DNA of 64,000 nt from Chrysomallon squamiferum (taxonomy: Eukaryota; Animalia; Mollusca): contig CM022665.1 of NCBI GenBank assembly GCA_012295275.1, positions 15,190,001 to 15,254,000 of the forward strand. The letters run 5' to 3'. Position numbers and translations under genes: made by a program. Below are positions 1 through 13,230 of the stretch, piece by piece (the stretch's first letter is position 1; every line of letters begins with the position of its first letter). Below the pieces are notes generated by a model. That model saw nothing but the letters and a program-made list of their open reading frames with translations, ran no database searches and had not been told where the DNA came from.

Positions 1-1692
1 ATTCCTAACTATAATTATAGAACTTTTTATCCTGATTTCATTGATAAAAAAAAAAGTCAAAATTGTCAGTTCCAAAGTTTTTAATTTTTTTTATTTAATT
101 CTGGGGGCAATTTTTGCACAATTGCTATTTGGAAGGAATCATTCTGAAGTGAGATTGTCATTGATGAAGTGTATTTCATAACATAACATGTGTGCCAAAT
201 ATTCATCCCAGTTTTTTTCACACCTCTGTAAAATATATATGCGTTGAGATGTGAAGCCAAAGTTGGTAAAATGATTAATTTGCACCAGATAAAAAATGAA
301 ATTTTTTTGACATTCATAAATTTACTTCTACTTGTGCTACAAACAAAGTTTTTATGACAAATTAATCAGAATGAAACGATTTAGATGATGAAATACATTT
401 AGAAGTGGTTAATTAGAAAATCTGAAATGTAAATTTTTAACGATTCATCTTTTTTCTTTTATCAGTCTTAGCTACAATCTTTGTGCTAGTAACAGCTATA
501 TACTAATAAAAATGAGTACCCTCTCCTCCTGAGAGCGGGGCCAAAAGCACTTTATAATGTGAATATATTAAGAACACAATAACAGAACTGGATGAGAGAT
601 AATAAAATACAATGCAATAGTATTTATATATATATTACAAATTTGAATACATATTTCAGAGAAACTGTGGGAGTTTTATGAAGAAAATATAGAAGTACTC
701 ATATGGCCGTAACTATACGTTTTCTGAAATGAGGCAAAAACACTTAATCGCCGAGCGGAGCGGGGCAAAAACATTTGAGCGAGGGGTCTAGGAGCTATAG
801 ACATAATCGAATTTTTTTTTTTTTTCGTGCATCAGAAATAAATAAACTACTCAAAACCTTCACTGATTTTGTGCTGAAGGTCTACAACCAACACAATACC
901 GGCAATTGGTGTGCCTAAATAAATTTATTAATATATTAATCAGTTCCGATATCGTTTCAACCAAGATTTAACCAATTACATCGACATCGTATGCTTGCTT
1001 ACAAACAAAAACCTTCAAACAATATTCAGGAGATTCTGATCGGGTTGATCGGCCGCATTTTGATTTGGGGGTGAATCTGATTCAATGGCCACAACTTAAC
1101 ACGTCATTCGCCGAAAAAAACACACGATCTGGTGACGTCTCTGTCTCAGATAGGGCGGGTGGCCGTATAATTTCTTCAAGCTACAATTCTAATCTTCTTT
1201 CAAAGATGAAATATTGCTGTTTCTGTGATAAATGTTTGATAGGGGTCTTTTTACATGAAAATATTTTACATATTTTTTTCGTCAAGGTTTACCAGCCTTT
1301 ACATGTGACAAAAACTATTACACTGGACAAACAGATGAAGCTAATATTTTCTGTGTGGTCAAGTTTTTTTAGAGGAAGAAAGCTCGTGGAGTTAACCCCG
1401 GGAGCATAAAAAGTAGTGTATAAACGAGGTTCGTGATACATGTTTATAGAAACATAGGGAGTTGGCGGCTATCCCAAGAAATTTCTTATTGAAATTAAAT
1501 GCTTTTCTCCACAAGGTATCATTCATGTAATAAACACCAGGATAAGACTTCAGATTTTCAATTCATGTAGTTTTTTTTTATTCAGACAGGACCTCAAACC
1601 GAGAAGAAATCAAGCGTTCAAAAGTCAGTATAAAAACAAGTCAAAACAGTATGGCAGACTGAAAATATGGGCGCTCTTCAGTATCCATATTA

Positions 1693-1734
<42 letters not shown>

Positions 1735-2095
1735 TTTTTACATTACATCTTCAACATGTAAAAGGAATTACAAAAGCATTGCTTGTTATTACTTTCTTCG
1801 AAAACGTATACTTTCAAATGTCTCACATTACTAATTAGAGTTATTATTGAACGATAATGTATTCTACAGTGCATTATCCTTTGTTCGTATTGTAGCTCAG
1901 AACAATGTACAGAGAACAAAAGGATGATTCCATATCATTTTCAGAGATAATTAATCAAAAGCTGTAGACTCAAGTGTCACATATTGACGAAAGATGAGAA
2001 GTATGTGCTGAAGCATACAGTACAGTGTAGTCTTTTCACACATCTAACAAGGTAAATAAGTTCTTACACAGGATATGGGTCTTTCAAAATATGTA

Positions 2096-2128
<33 letters not shown>

Positions 2129-3189
2129 GCTCTCTATTGTACAATGCACATATACAAGCGAAAAAAACAAACAAACAAAACAAAAAAAAACACATTTGAA
2201 TCTGCACTCACTAACTTAACAGAAGTGGTGCAATAGCAGTCCGTACCAGTGTGCGTGAAATACTGCTTTTCGTTAACAACTTCTAAATACAATGTGATGT
2301 ACTTAGTCAATATGTACATATGATGGCCTAAACAGTTTTTGCAATGAAAGGCTTTTGTATTTTAAGTAATCTTCAGATATGTGCAGTAAACAGATGCAAA
2401 CTGTTTCTGATTTACTGAATTATTTGTATAGATCTTATTAAACAGAATATTATATACCTTCAAACCACACTTTAAATAACCTTCAGAACTGCATTAAGCT
2501 GCATAAATTACATTATCCTAGTTGCCAACACAGCCATTTGAAAGTAATAAAATAAAATGTTATGTTTCATTTATGATTTAGATTAACTAAATCTTTATAT
2601 GACGTTAATTCAGATTATTTTGTACATCTTTGTAATATAATATTTCAATAAAAACATTTGAAATACGTTATGACGTACACTGCCTATCAGTAGAACAGAT
2701 TTATTTTGTACCAATTGTTATATTACTAACGATAATCTATAAATAACTTTGGTAGGGAGGGTAATTATTTTAACTTACTGTTAATGAAATACAAAAAAGT
2801 CGATGGAACAATGGAATCAAATTTCTTGACCATCCCTCTGAACATAATCTATAATAAAACAAAACTAAATATAAATAAATAAATAATTATGAAACAAAGA
2901 AAAGAATGGTAAATTATTATGAACACTAAAATATTAAAATAACGATTTTGAGATATATTATTTTGATATCATTTATTAGTAGAGAATATCAACAGTAAAA
3001 CAATACAATAATGATTGCTGCAGCAGTAATAATAATATAAAAAAAAGCTATGACGATTATGATGATAACATTAATCATGAATTAAATAAACAGATATAAC
3101 AAATGCTTATTGTTATTTAAAAATATCGCTTATTTAAAATAATAATAATAAAAATACACACCCATCCAAACACCAAAAAACTTTCTAAC

Positions 3190-3413
3190 CTGCGGACACC
3201 TTTTCTGGAATATATAGTAAGGTCTAAAACAGCACAAACTCCTAATACAGTAATACCATGTTCCTTGCACAATGTGGATACACAGGCTAGCATAAGACTA
3301 CCAAATAAAAATAATGGACGTCGAGTTGGTGGACATTCTGGTCTGTTCGTGTCAAAATGAAGCAACAGACATCTGTAATGTGTATTTTAGACAAACAACA
3401 TAAAAATAATGTA

Positions 3414-3475
<62 letters not shown>

Positions 3476-6400
3476 TACATACATGAATACCTTTCTTTCT
3501 TTATTTATTTATTTAATAATTGAAATATATCCGAATTATATGAAAAGGAAATTAAAAAATAATAACATTTTAAAGTTAAAATTGATTTATTTAGTAATTG
3601 CATATATGTGTCTGTGTGTGTTTGTAATTAATATACTGTAAAGAATTATATTTTCTTATTTTAAAACATATTTTAATCTGAAATAATTATTATAAATGTC
3701 AAAAAACTAAAAAATATAATTTAGGTACTTTAGTTTTTTCACTTTTGTTTATCAGACTGAGACTTAAACACATAATAACAACATCCGTGGAGTTGAACTT
3801 ACTTAAAATATAGTAAAACTGACAGTAGGAAAAATGCTGCAGCCAAAAGATCTGCAGTTCCAACGATTCCTGACACCTATAGAAAAAAGTATTCGTATTA
3901 AAACATAACAAAGTTTATTTTTTATTTCACTTAAACTATAAAACAAATTCGTTGTAACTATAGAAAATGCTATAATAATTATTATAAAGCGTAGGGTGCA
4001 CATTCAAAGAAGAAGAAAAAGGAAACATTTGATTCCGTTGTGTTTAAGTGAAAAAAAAAAAGAAACGTAAATCCCCCCCCCGCATTTCTTCGTTTTGTTA
4101 TTTTATTTGTTGTGTTTATGCTACAATTGTTCTTGCTTTTATCACTGTAAAATAAACGACACATAACAATGAGTATAAACAAAGAAAATAACATTTGCCT
4201 TTACTTCAAGTATGGTTGTAACATGATCAGGCTTTAAGAAATCAAATGATCAAATATCCATATTTTCAATATTCAAGTGTACTTGAACTACACAACACAA
4301 GACAAATATGCCTGTGCTAATATAAACAGTCTGAAGCGGCAAGACTTGAAAAGAAAAACAAACATATAACAAGTAATACATTCGTCATTTAGAATAAAAG
4401 TCATAAAAGGCACCTAAGTTCATGTAAAATTAGATTAAAAACTATTAAGATAACCAAAAACTATAATGTTGTAAATATTGTTTTCGCTCGATAGTATTCA
4501 TTTCAATAAGCTGTCACAAAATAAATATTTATATACAAAATAAATAAATATTTATATACAAATAAATAAATGCTATATTCATATAATTAACAGTAAATTA
4601 ATACGACTATAATCTGATTGTAACGTATATGAAGTATCTGATTATAACGTGATTCAGCACCAGAAGAGAGATGATAAGCGATGATGAAATGAAATCAGTT
4701 ATCTGATCTGATAAGGTCGTTCGAAGTTCTAGAAGTGCTAGAATAACACTGATGTAATAATGATAACGGTGAAAACTGACATACATAAAAACAGAGATTA
4801 CAGAGAATGACTTTTGGAAAAAGAGAGAGAGAGAGAAAGAAGAAACAAACACGAAAGTCTGTAACTAAATTTGGCAATGAATCAATAAAAAGTGCCTTTT
4901 CATTGAGTATGACAGATTTATCCTGTAAGAGAAACCCATTAAAACTAGGCGTCTTTTGTGCAACCAAAACATACGAAATCTTTAACTTGCCAAGTCCTCC
5001 TCTTTCATTGAACATCTACTTATGTCTTTAATATCGATTGTAAACGGACGTGAGTTATTAGACATTTCTTAACCTTCTTAAGTCATAAAATATCAGTGTA
5101 TTGTTATTAACTTTCCGGTTTCAAAGCTGAATATTTGTTTTCTGTAAAGTATTTAAGTTCCACGTCTTTTCAAAAACTGAACCCGACGCCAGTAGGTATA
5201 TGATAAAAATAATAAACCGAGCTTTTATTTAAAAAAAGGCAAAAAAAAAAAAAAAAATTATTAATTATAATAATAAAAAATAAAGAGTTAGTACAAATAT
5301 TTTACCATATAATGTCTGTCTCAAAAAACACGAGGACTTCTTTTTCAATCCCTCATTTCGTATGTCCAGAAAGCGATGAAATTTATTGAATTTAAATAAA
5401 TGAAGTAAATTTTGTTGAAAACTTAAACTAAATTTGGATACATCTCACTTTAATCTTCGTGAATCATAATTTATATGTGCGTCTTCACTGAATAATTAAA
5501 ATATTTATATTCTAAAACACATTTGGGTACATGTTATTGACTTACCTTTTGTACATCTACTGAAGAATAAGAAGAAAAAAGAAATTTTAGAACGTACAGT
5601 TAAGTCTATTGGAAAAAAATAAAAAATAAATAAAAGGAGCCAGGTATATGCAAACCGTAAATAACGAACTTTTATTATTTTCTTTTCTTTTCTGCATATT
5701 ACATCGCAATAAAATACCTTCAGCACAAACATCATTAAAATCATTCCCTTGTTAAATTTATGATCACATAATATTTTCGACTATGATCAAGCAAAGAAAC
5801 TAAAAACTGTATTCTTATACTAGAAAAATGGAACAATTTGTTAATAGGAAACATAAAAATTATATTCAACAGCTTCCTGGTAAATATGATTTCGTGGATT
5901 AAATATAAAGTATTAAGTGAGGTAGTCGTTGGATGATGAAATTTAAAAACAAAAGATAATGTAAGAGAGAAAGATAGACATAAACACAGAGATAGAAAGT
6001 TGGACAGGCAGACAGACAAAGACAGAGAGAGAGAACACTGTATTCACTATAAATGAAGAACACGTAGCTCAGTTATAAAAATAACATATGCAGTTTAGAG
6101 AAAACATTAAAATATTAAAGAGAGAGAAATAGTTGTATTTTCGATGAAATACTAGAAGCCAGTGATGTAAATGGTAATTTTTGTGATGGCATTGAAGTAT
6201 ATTAATAACGTAATTATACCGGTCGTTGTATTATTTCAATCACTGTAGTATTTTATTCTTAACAGATGTAACGGTGGAAGTTATGATGTAGTGCAAGTAC
6301 TAGATAACGTTGTTTTAATTTGCTTAATTCTATTTTATTAAAGAACATAAAAATGCAATCAGCGACCATAAAAATGTAATAGTTATGGGGTGCACAATAA

Positions 6401-8559
6401 AGTGCAAAGTACTAGACGAAATATGTAATCTTGGAGGTTACAAACACTAGTTTTGTTAATACCGATCGATTAAGGGAAGGAGACTGAGACTGAAAACGGG
6501 TAATGTCAAATGAGATGTGTGACGCTGACACGCCGCGCTACCATTTTTATGACAAGGGTACAATACCGACTTGCCGGAAAGCCGGTTTTGAATCCGCGAG
6601 GACTTTGAACAGGTACGTGAAGAGTATCCGAAGTGGCTAGATGTAGTAGTAATAACAGAAGCACAAGTGGTGACATGATGCAATAATAATAATAACAGAA
6701 GAAGTAGTTGTGACAACGGTAATGGTAATAGTATACTTACTGCTTCTGTGTGTATGGGATGAACAGCAAATAAGAGGCCAGCATACAGTGAAGTTTCTTT
6801 GGAAACGTAGAAAACGCTGTGACTGACGTGTGTGAACAAAACACTCACTACAGCATGTAAGATCACACTGGTTACGTGGAAAAAGAAAGGCGACCCTCCA
6901 TTTAATAAATAATTCACTCTGAAATAATAAAATATAAACGTAGTAAAATTTTCAGTAAAATTAGTACAGGTATTTAATTTTATAACTTTTGTTTGAACGA
7001 GAAGAACATTTCTGACAAATGTGATTCTTTTCAACAATGAGCAATCTGTTCTAGGAGGCTAAATCTAAGATGGCCGCCAGTGAATTGGAGAAAAGCTATT
7101 TTCTTCATACCTTCGTAATTATATAAGAAAGAAACATGAAATAAAAATCTTTTCATGCTTTCAGATGTTATGTCATTTTGGATTTAGCTTCCCAGCACAG
7201 ACTGCTCAAAGCTGATAACATGTCACCAGGCATATGATATAGTACATCTACCCGAAACATCAGTAAACAACAGTATAAACAAAACTCTGTAAACTCATAA
7301 ACGAGGTTCTATTGTACTTCTCCCGGAATAATAATCCTATAATTATGCCAGTCTCCACTTGTACGCACGCATACACACACACACATATATATACTACACA
7401 CATAAACATGCTTTTACACAGTGATTAATTATAACAAACTATTAAAGCAACACACACATCCACATAATAATAATAATAATAATAATAATAATATTAATAA
7501 TAATAATCATCATGATGATGATGATCGCTACTCTTAATAAGGTCACAGCTAAATAATGAAAAAAGGAACAACTGTAAATCTTAATTTGGAGTGGCTCTAA
7601 GGTTTACATAACAAGATTATCAAAAAACGCATTAACACTACGAGTAGTTCATGTAAAATACAACTCAAACCATGATATTTTCAAGTTAACGGCAGATTTC
7701 GACTTGTTGAATAACAATCACATAACCAACAAAACACTCATTCAGAAAAGTCAGAGTTACGTCCATGCATTGCAAGCACACGTACTGAAAAGGTGCATGC
7801 AGTTTTGAAATAATTATCTGTTTTGGAAAAAGGCTGAGGTAGAAACCAGACAAAACTGGAGATGTAGACCTTCAATTAATATAGGTATAACAAAGATATG
7901 AATGGAGACTTTGTTCGTCGTTCGAAAAGACATACTGTGTATGCACTAATGCACGTTTTTTAGATATGGTAAAAGCCGATATTGGGTAAAACAGCCTCAT
8001 ATCCTGAATTATATAGGTTATGCCATGATTACAAAAAAAAAAAAAAATAATAATAATAATAATAATAATAATTAATTAAATAAATCAAAAATAAATTTTT
8101 AAAATCTTTCATCGTCTTACCAGTTTTATAAATTTAATTTACATTCAATTTCTTTTAACATCTTAGGTGTGGTTGGTACATGGTACTTTAAGTGCATGGT
8201 TTCCTGATCATTTAAAAAGATAGTGGCGTTTATTTCTGACTTAATTGGCAAGCAGTCCGAAAACGTCGCTTGAATGATTTTGTAACAAACTCTCTGCAAA
8301 TGACAGTCGGAGATTGAATGTACGAGTAATGAACCTTATGATTCTTTTGTTATATGTCATTGTCAGTCAACCACAAGCATTCTGTACCGACTCGGGTCAG
8401 CATAAATCAAACGCTAAAAAAATAGATACGATGTAAACTTTATTATGTTTAACAAACCAGATGAAAATTATCAAGGGTAAAAAGCAATACATACATTTCT
8501 TTCCTGGATTTTAAACATTAAAATATGCATTAAGAAAGTATGTAAAGGAAGTCAGCGGT

Positions 8560-8596
<37 letters not shown>

Positions 8597-10407
8597 AAAA
8601 AAAGGTAATAAAATAAAATAAAATAAAATAAATAAATAAAATTTTAAAATATTAATTATTACTATTGTTTTTTTCTTTTCTGTTTTTTTCTGATGGGATG
8701 AATATACATGATTCTACGAGTTACAGAGGTCTGCTATGACGGGTTTTTTTTAAAAATTAGTCAGATTTCAACAACAGAGACATCTTGCAACATTATATTT
8801 ACATGTATAATGGTTAGAATGGCTATAAAAAGTAAATGATAAACAGTATTAATTATTTGAAATGTATTTTGAAGTTAATATTATTCTAATAAACCGAATA
8901 TATCGTGACACTAAGCAATGAATCACTACGAGGATCGTAACTACATTTTCCATTAAACAAATATGAAAGGCTAAACTTTTGAACTCTTCTGTAGCATCTC
9001 ATAAAAAACATCAATATCTTGCATATCATTCAGTCCCGGACACTGATGAACTTACAGAACATGTGGTTCTATTAATTTTAAAATGAACGTTCCTGAGACA
9101 GTACATTAAGAATGCCAAAAATGTTTAATAACTCGCACGAGCAACATTGCTATGATTGATATAACTTCGATCATTCCATGGAAGCGTGAAATTAGTTATT
9201 AGAAAAAAACTAAGATATTTATACATTGTCGGCTGTATTCCATGAAGAAGAAGAAAAATATTTGTGACATAACAAATGAAAATGCAAAGGCCACTAATGA
9301 ATCATTCATTCAGCACAGTAAGTGTAACAATAAACAAATACATTAGATTTTTTTACGCAACATTTAATATAATTTATTGCTAAGAAATGCCATGGTATAA
9401 ATACATTAAGCGATGTAACACTGAACAAACATGAAACTTATTTAACATGAAAGTTTGTACATGCATTTACAACATTAGGTTAAAAACATTAGTTATACTA
9501 ATAAACAATCATTTCTCTTCGTGTGTTAATTATCTCAATTTCAGTTTTGTGACTTAAATTGGTATCGTTCTGCATAAGAGCATAGACAATTAGTCGATAA
9601 AGAAACAAACTAATTATTTACTTCTTTTTTTCCCCATACTTAGCACAATGTGGATTCCATTTGATATACTGAATAATGTGTAGGTGTTATTAAATGAAAT
9701 CGTGACATTGTTATAATAACGATTATTAGTTGATAGAGATATATATCTTTGTTAGTAATGGAGTCTGACACAGAATAATATGCTACATCTCCATGGACCA
9801 TTCCTTCTGATGAGAAGTATTGCGTGAAATACATTTCATCCACGATAAGGAAAGCGCATAGGACTATCATTAATACATCAGTGATGAAAATAATACGAAA
9901 CTGGCTTTGAAGCAAATGTTACTACACAAATGATCAATTGTTTCTATTACATAATCGTATTAAGTGCATATTTATGAGCTTTAAGTATGTTTGCGAATGA
10001 CCATATGCCTGTCAGCTCCGGGTTCACTAGTAAACATGGGTTTTAGTTCATAAAATTCTGGTTACACAAAGACTTGATATCTTGATGACCCCTTGTCATC
10101 GGCGCCATTACATCGTCTTTCAATTTTACAAGTCTTAAACAAATACCTTCACCCGAGCTTTTATTGTCAGACGTATCACGAATGATTACTTTTTGCCTTA
10201 CGGGTGTAAATTTGAGACGTCTTTATTTCACCCTAACCGAGGGTAGATTACACACTCTAAATTACTCCGAACAGCTGAGATGACCCCGTCATTCCATCTT
10301 GTCAGCTCCAATATAAAACTTTTAGATGAATTGTCTTTTATGCGTAGGTCTAACATGTTGTTAAACTGAAAATAATTTTTTACGCATATTATGTGTCTTT
10401 TGGTTCA

Positions 10408-10470
<63 letters not shown>

Positions 10471-12515
10471 TTAAAATAATAATATAATAATCACACTATA
10501 AAGGAAGCTTGTTTCTGTATATCAAACATTTCATTAGTAATTGCAATATCAGATTGTGAAAAGATGAAAAATTAGTTTTTGGGGTTTTGGGGTTTTTTTT
10601 TACATTCTTTAATATACTAAAGAAGGAAAATATGCATTTAGTTAATAACTAATTAGTGACATTTTTATCATTATCCCCATCCTTTCTTTTTTGGTATGTA
10701 TCTTTGTGTAAAATATTCCTGTGCTCTGTTTTTATACATAATGTTTATGTGTCTCGGTTGTTGTTTTTTTTGTTGTTTTTTTTCTCAGAATAATGCAGTA
10801 TTAAAAAGACTGTCATCGTAATTTAATACTGAACAGCTATCCGCTGTCAGTGTAATATAAATTTTAAATGGTGTATTCGTTTTAAAAGAAATTTTATTTA
10901 TTTATTTATTTATTTATTATAAAATCAGTACCACTTTATAATATATATCAATAATTAAACTAACACTAAGTCTGTATTTTAGTTTTAAATACAGGTTGTG
11001 GTTCAGAACCACTGTTTAAAAATGTTTTGAAATAATTCGCATGTTGTCATATTCATAAACGCTGAATGCAACTTTGAATACAATATAAATACAATATGTA
11101 AGCTGTCATTTTAACAAAAGCACTGAAGTTGACATATTACCAGATGAGCGTATTTTGTTTACAAAGTGGTAAATTATGAATGACAAACACATGAACTGAG
11201 TGAGGTGTTAAAACCAGATCTTCTCTGTGAGATACTGTGTAGTATAAGAATAAAGATTAGATTTAAACAGCTTGAAAGTAATGGGTTTTTGGACATTCTT
11301 CTACATTCAGCTTGCCAGTGTCAAATAAATAACAATAGAAACAATATAATTATTTGTTAGCTGTTTGGATGTTTACTCGCATTTTAGATTTTTCAGCAGA
11401 TGGCAAAAGGAAACGTTTTATTTGTCATATTTTAAAATAATTATTTTTCATTTGATGTACACATAACCAAATAAAACGTATAAAAGGTGTAACGGAACAT
11501 TCATTGTGTGTTTACATGTGTGTGCACAAAATACAGAATGCTCTAATCATTATCCCCGTGAATATACATGAACCTCCTGGCCCTGTTCGCGCAAAATACA
11601 CCCCTCCCATTTGTCTTCTCATTTACGGTCTTTATGAATGATCCCAAAGCGGAATTTAGAAGTCTGGAAAGAGTATACAATTAGACAGCTTTTACTGATA
11701 ATGTTAGGAACATACTGTTGATCATAAAAGACAGTCCTAATTAATTATTGGTATAATAAAAAGTTGCTATTCAGAGCCAGTTTGCTTGTTTTTGAAATTT
11801 CGTACTACGACTGTTTCTTCGTAAATAATAATAATATTAACAAACATTAAATAAACAAATAAATAAGCAATAAAGAAAAAAAGAAAAAGAAAAATAACAC
11901 GAAGAAATAAATAAATAAATAAAATAGTTCGCTTCCTTGAAATTAAATTTAATTAAGTAAACTTGTAATGTATACATTCATAATTTCTGGTTTATATTAA
12001 AGGGTTAACGAACAACAGCTAAAAGTGTAATCGTTCTGAAATAATGTGATATTATTTCAAGACAATGATACTCTTTTATATTCCGTTTACAGCATGCCCC
12101 TTTAACAACTGCTAATCCTCTCTGTGATTCTGCTGGCGCGCAAACCATAGAAAATGAAAGGAATTAAAAGCCTGTAAATTTGATCCTTATTACTTGCAAG
12201 AACAACTTACCTGAATATAATACTAGTGAGTGGTCTGTATGATCCATGACTTTTTTTGTCCGACATAGACTTTCCCCAAAAGTCATTACGGAAAATTGAG
12301 TATATTGTATTTTCTCCATTGACGTCTGGATTGTTTTTGATGGCAAAAATATCATCGTGAACAAAATCTCCATCCAGACTGTTGAAGTAACACCCAAGTG
12401 CCACGAAAGTTATTATAAAGTAAATTCCTGTTTCTGTCCACTGATTTTGACATTTAAAAACGTTTTCATTTTTTTTAATATATTTCTTGTTGCAAACATT
12501 ATTATTTTTCTCCAT
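3190..12515 (-). CDS. TMTC1: TMTC1-like protein O-mannosyltransferase, 5' part (4 exons; gene continues beyond left edge)
   Basis: GT-AG exons with consistent phases: 12515-12211, 6918-6741, 3876-3803, 3372-3190. The translation has TMTC motifs GDFVHDD...NDFWG...SHGSYRPL, LLFAVHPIHTEAVSGIVG.AD and LCKEHGITVLGVC. FVHDD and the PPTRRPLFL segment fit TMTC1 best. No TPR exons were found in the window. Confidence 0.85.
3418..3471. repeat. (TA)n microsatellite
   Basis: Perfect TA run; a shorter one lies at ~1700-1728. Confidence 0.95.
7021..7225. mobile_element. MITE-like inverted-repeat element in a TMTC1 intron
   Basis: TGAGCAATCTGTTCTAGGAGGCTAAATCTAAGATGGC (from 7039) is the imperfect reverse complement of GTCATTTTGGATTTAGCTTCCCAGCACAGACTGCTCA (to ~7208). 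The pairing extends loosely to GTGA/TCAC ends. Confidence 0.5.
10409..10467. repeat. (AAT)n microsatellite
   Basis: Perfect AAT run; others near 7464, 8046, 13048 and 13197. Confidence 0.95.
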
Positions 12516-12639
12516 TATGTACTCTCGAGGTATTTAAATAACTTCTCGCAGATAGCAACAACTATAGCAAATGACATCCTTGACTCTTTGGTTTTATCTG
12601 AACATGCTTTCGTCTGCTAATGTACTTTTGGCTGTCAAC

Positions 12640-12690
12640 ATTAATCACGTGACTATTGTACTATAGAAGCGACCACGTGAATTATTATCC
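12640..12690. promoter_or_regulatory. Bidirectional promoter between TMTC1 and the ankyrin gene, with two E-boxes
   Basis: Divergent ATGs at 12515 (-) and 12694 (+). TCACGTGA at 12645-12652 and CACGTG at 12674-12679 in a locally CpG-rich stretch. Confidence 0.6.
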
Positions 12691-12693
12691 AAA

Positions 12694-13046
12694 ATGTCTG
12701 CGCCCTGCAGCGTTGCTATAGCTGCCGCTAACTGCGATAGTGTGGTAACTAGGCAGATTAATGAGTTTTTATGTTAAAAAGATTAATAGCAATGGAATAT
12801 ATTATACTTACGTGGTTATATTGTTATTTATCATAAAATGTGTGTCCCGTCATTGTTGCGTATTCGATTTAAACGTTTATTTTTAATTAAAATAATATAG
12901 TTTTGTTGTATTTTTCTTTCGTACCTGTATAAATAATTACAGTTTACACCCCTCCCCGTATTTAACAAGCCATTTACTTGTTCGATTTCGTAAATTTACT
13001 GTGAAGTCATGTTAATATATTAAATAAAATGAAATGAAATAAAATG

Positions 13047-13100
<54 letters not shown>

Positions 13101-13195
13101 GTAAATAAATAGATAAATAAAACTCAGTTAAATGTTAAAATTTGTAAATTTTCTGTGAAGACATGTTACTATATATAGTAAAATGAAATGAAATG

Positions 13196-13230
<35 letters not shown>

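Noticed and set aside
81-317. ORF with an AG acceptor at ~226 as a possible next TMTC1 exon
   Set aside because: No TMTC-like residues and it runs into a stop; more likely intronic or repeat sequence.
700-1680. GC-richer block including ORF 1065-1409
   Set aside because: Probably a repeat remnant, but I could not define TIRs, TSDs or a protein motif.
3287-3641. ORFs with YIYIYI runs
   Set aside because: Translations of the (TA)n microsatellite.
6456-7037. 193 aa ORF as a standalone gene
   Set aside because: Only 6918-6741 is TMTC1 exon 2; the flanks are intron read-through.
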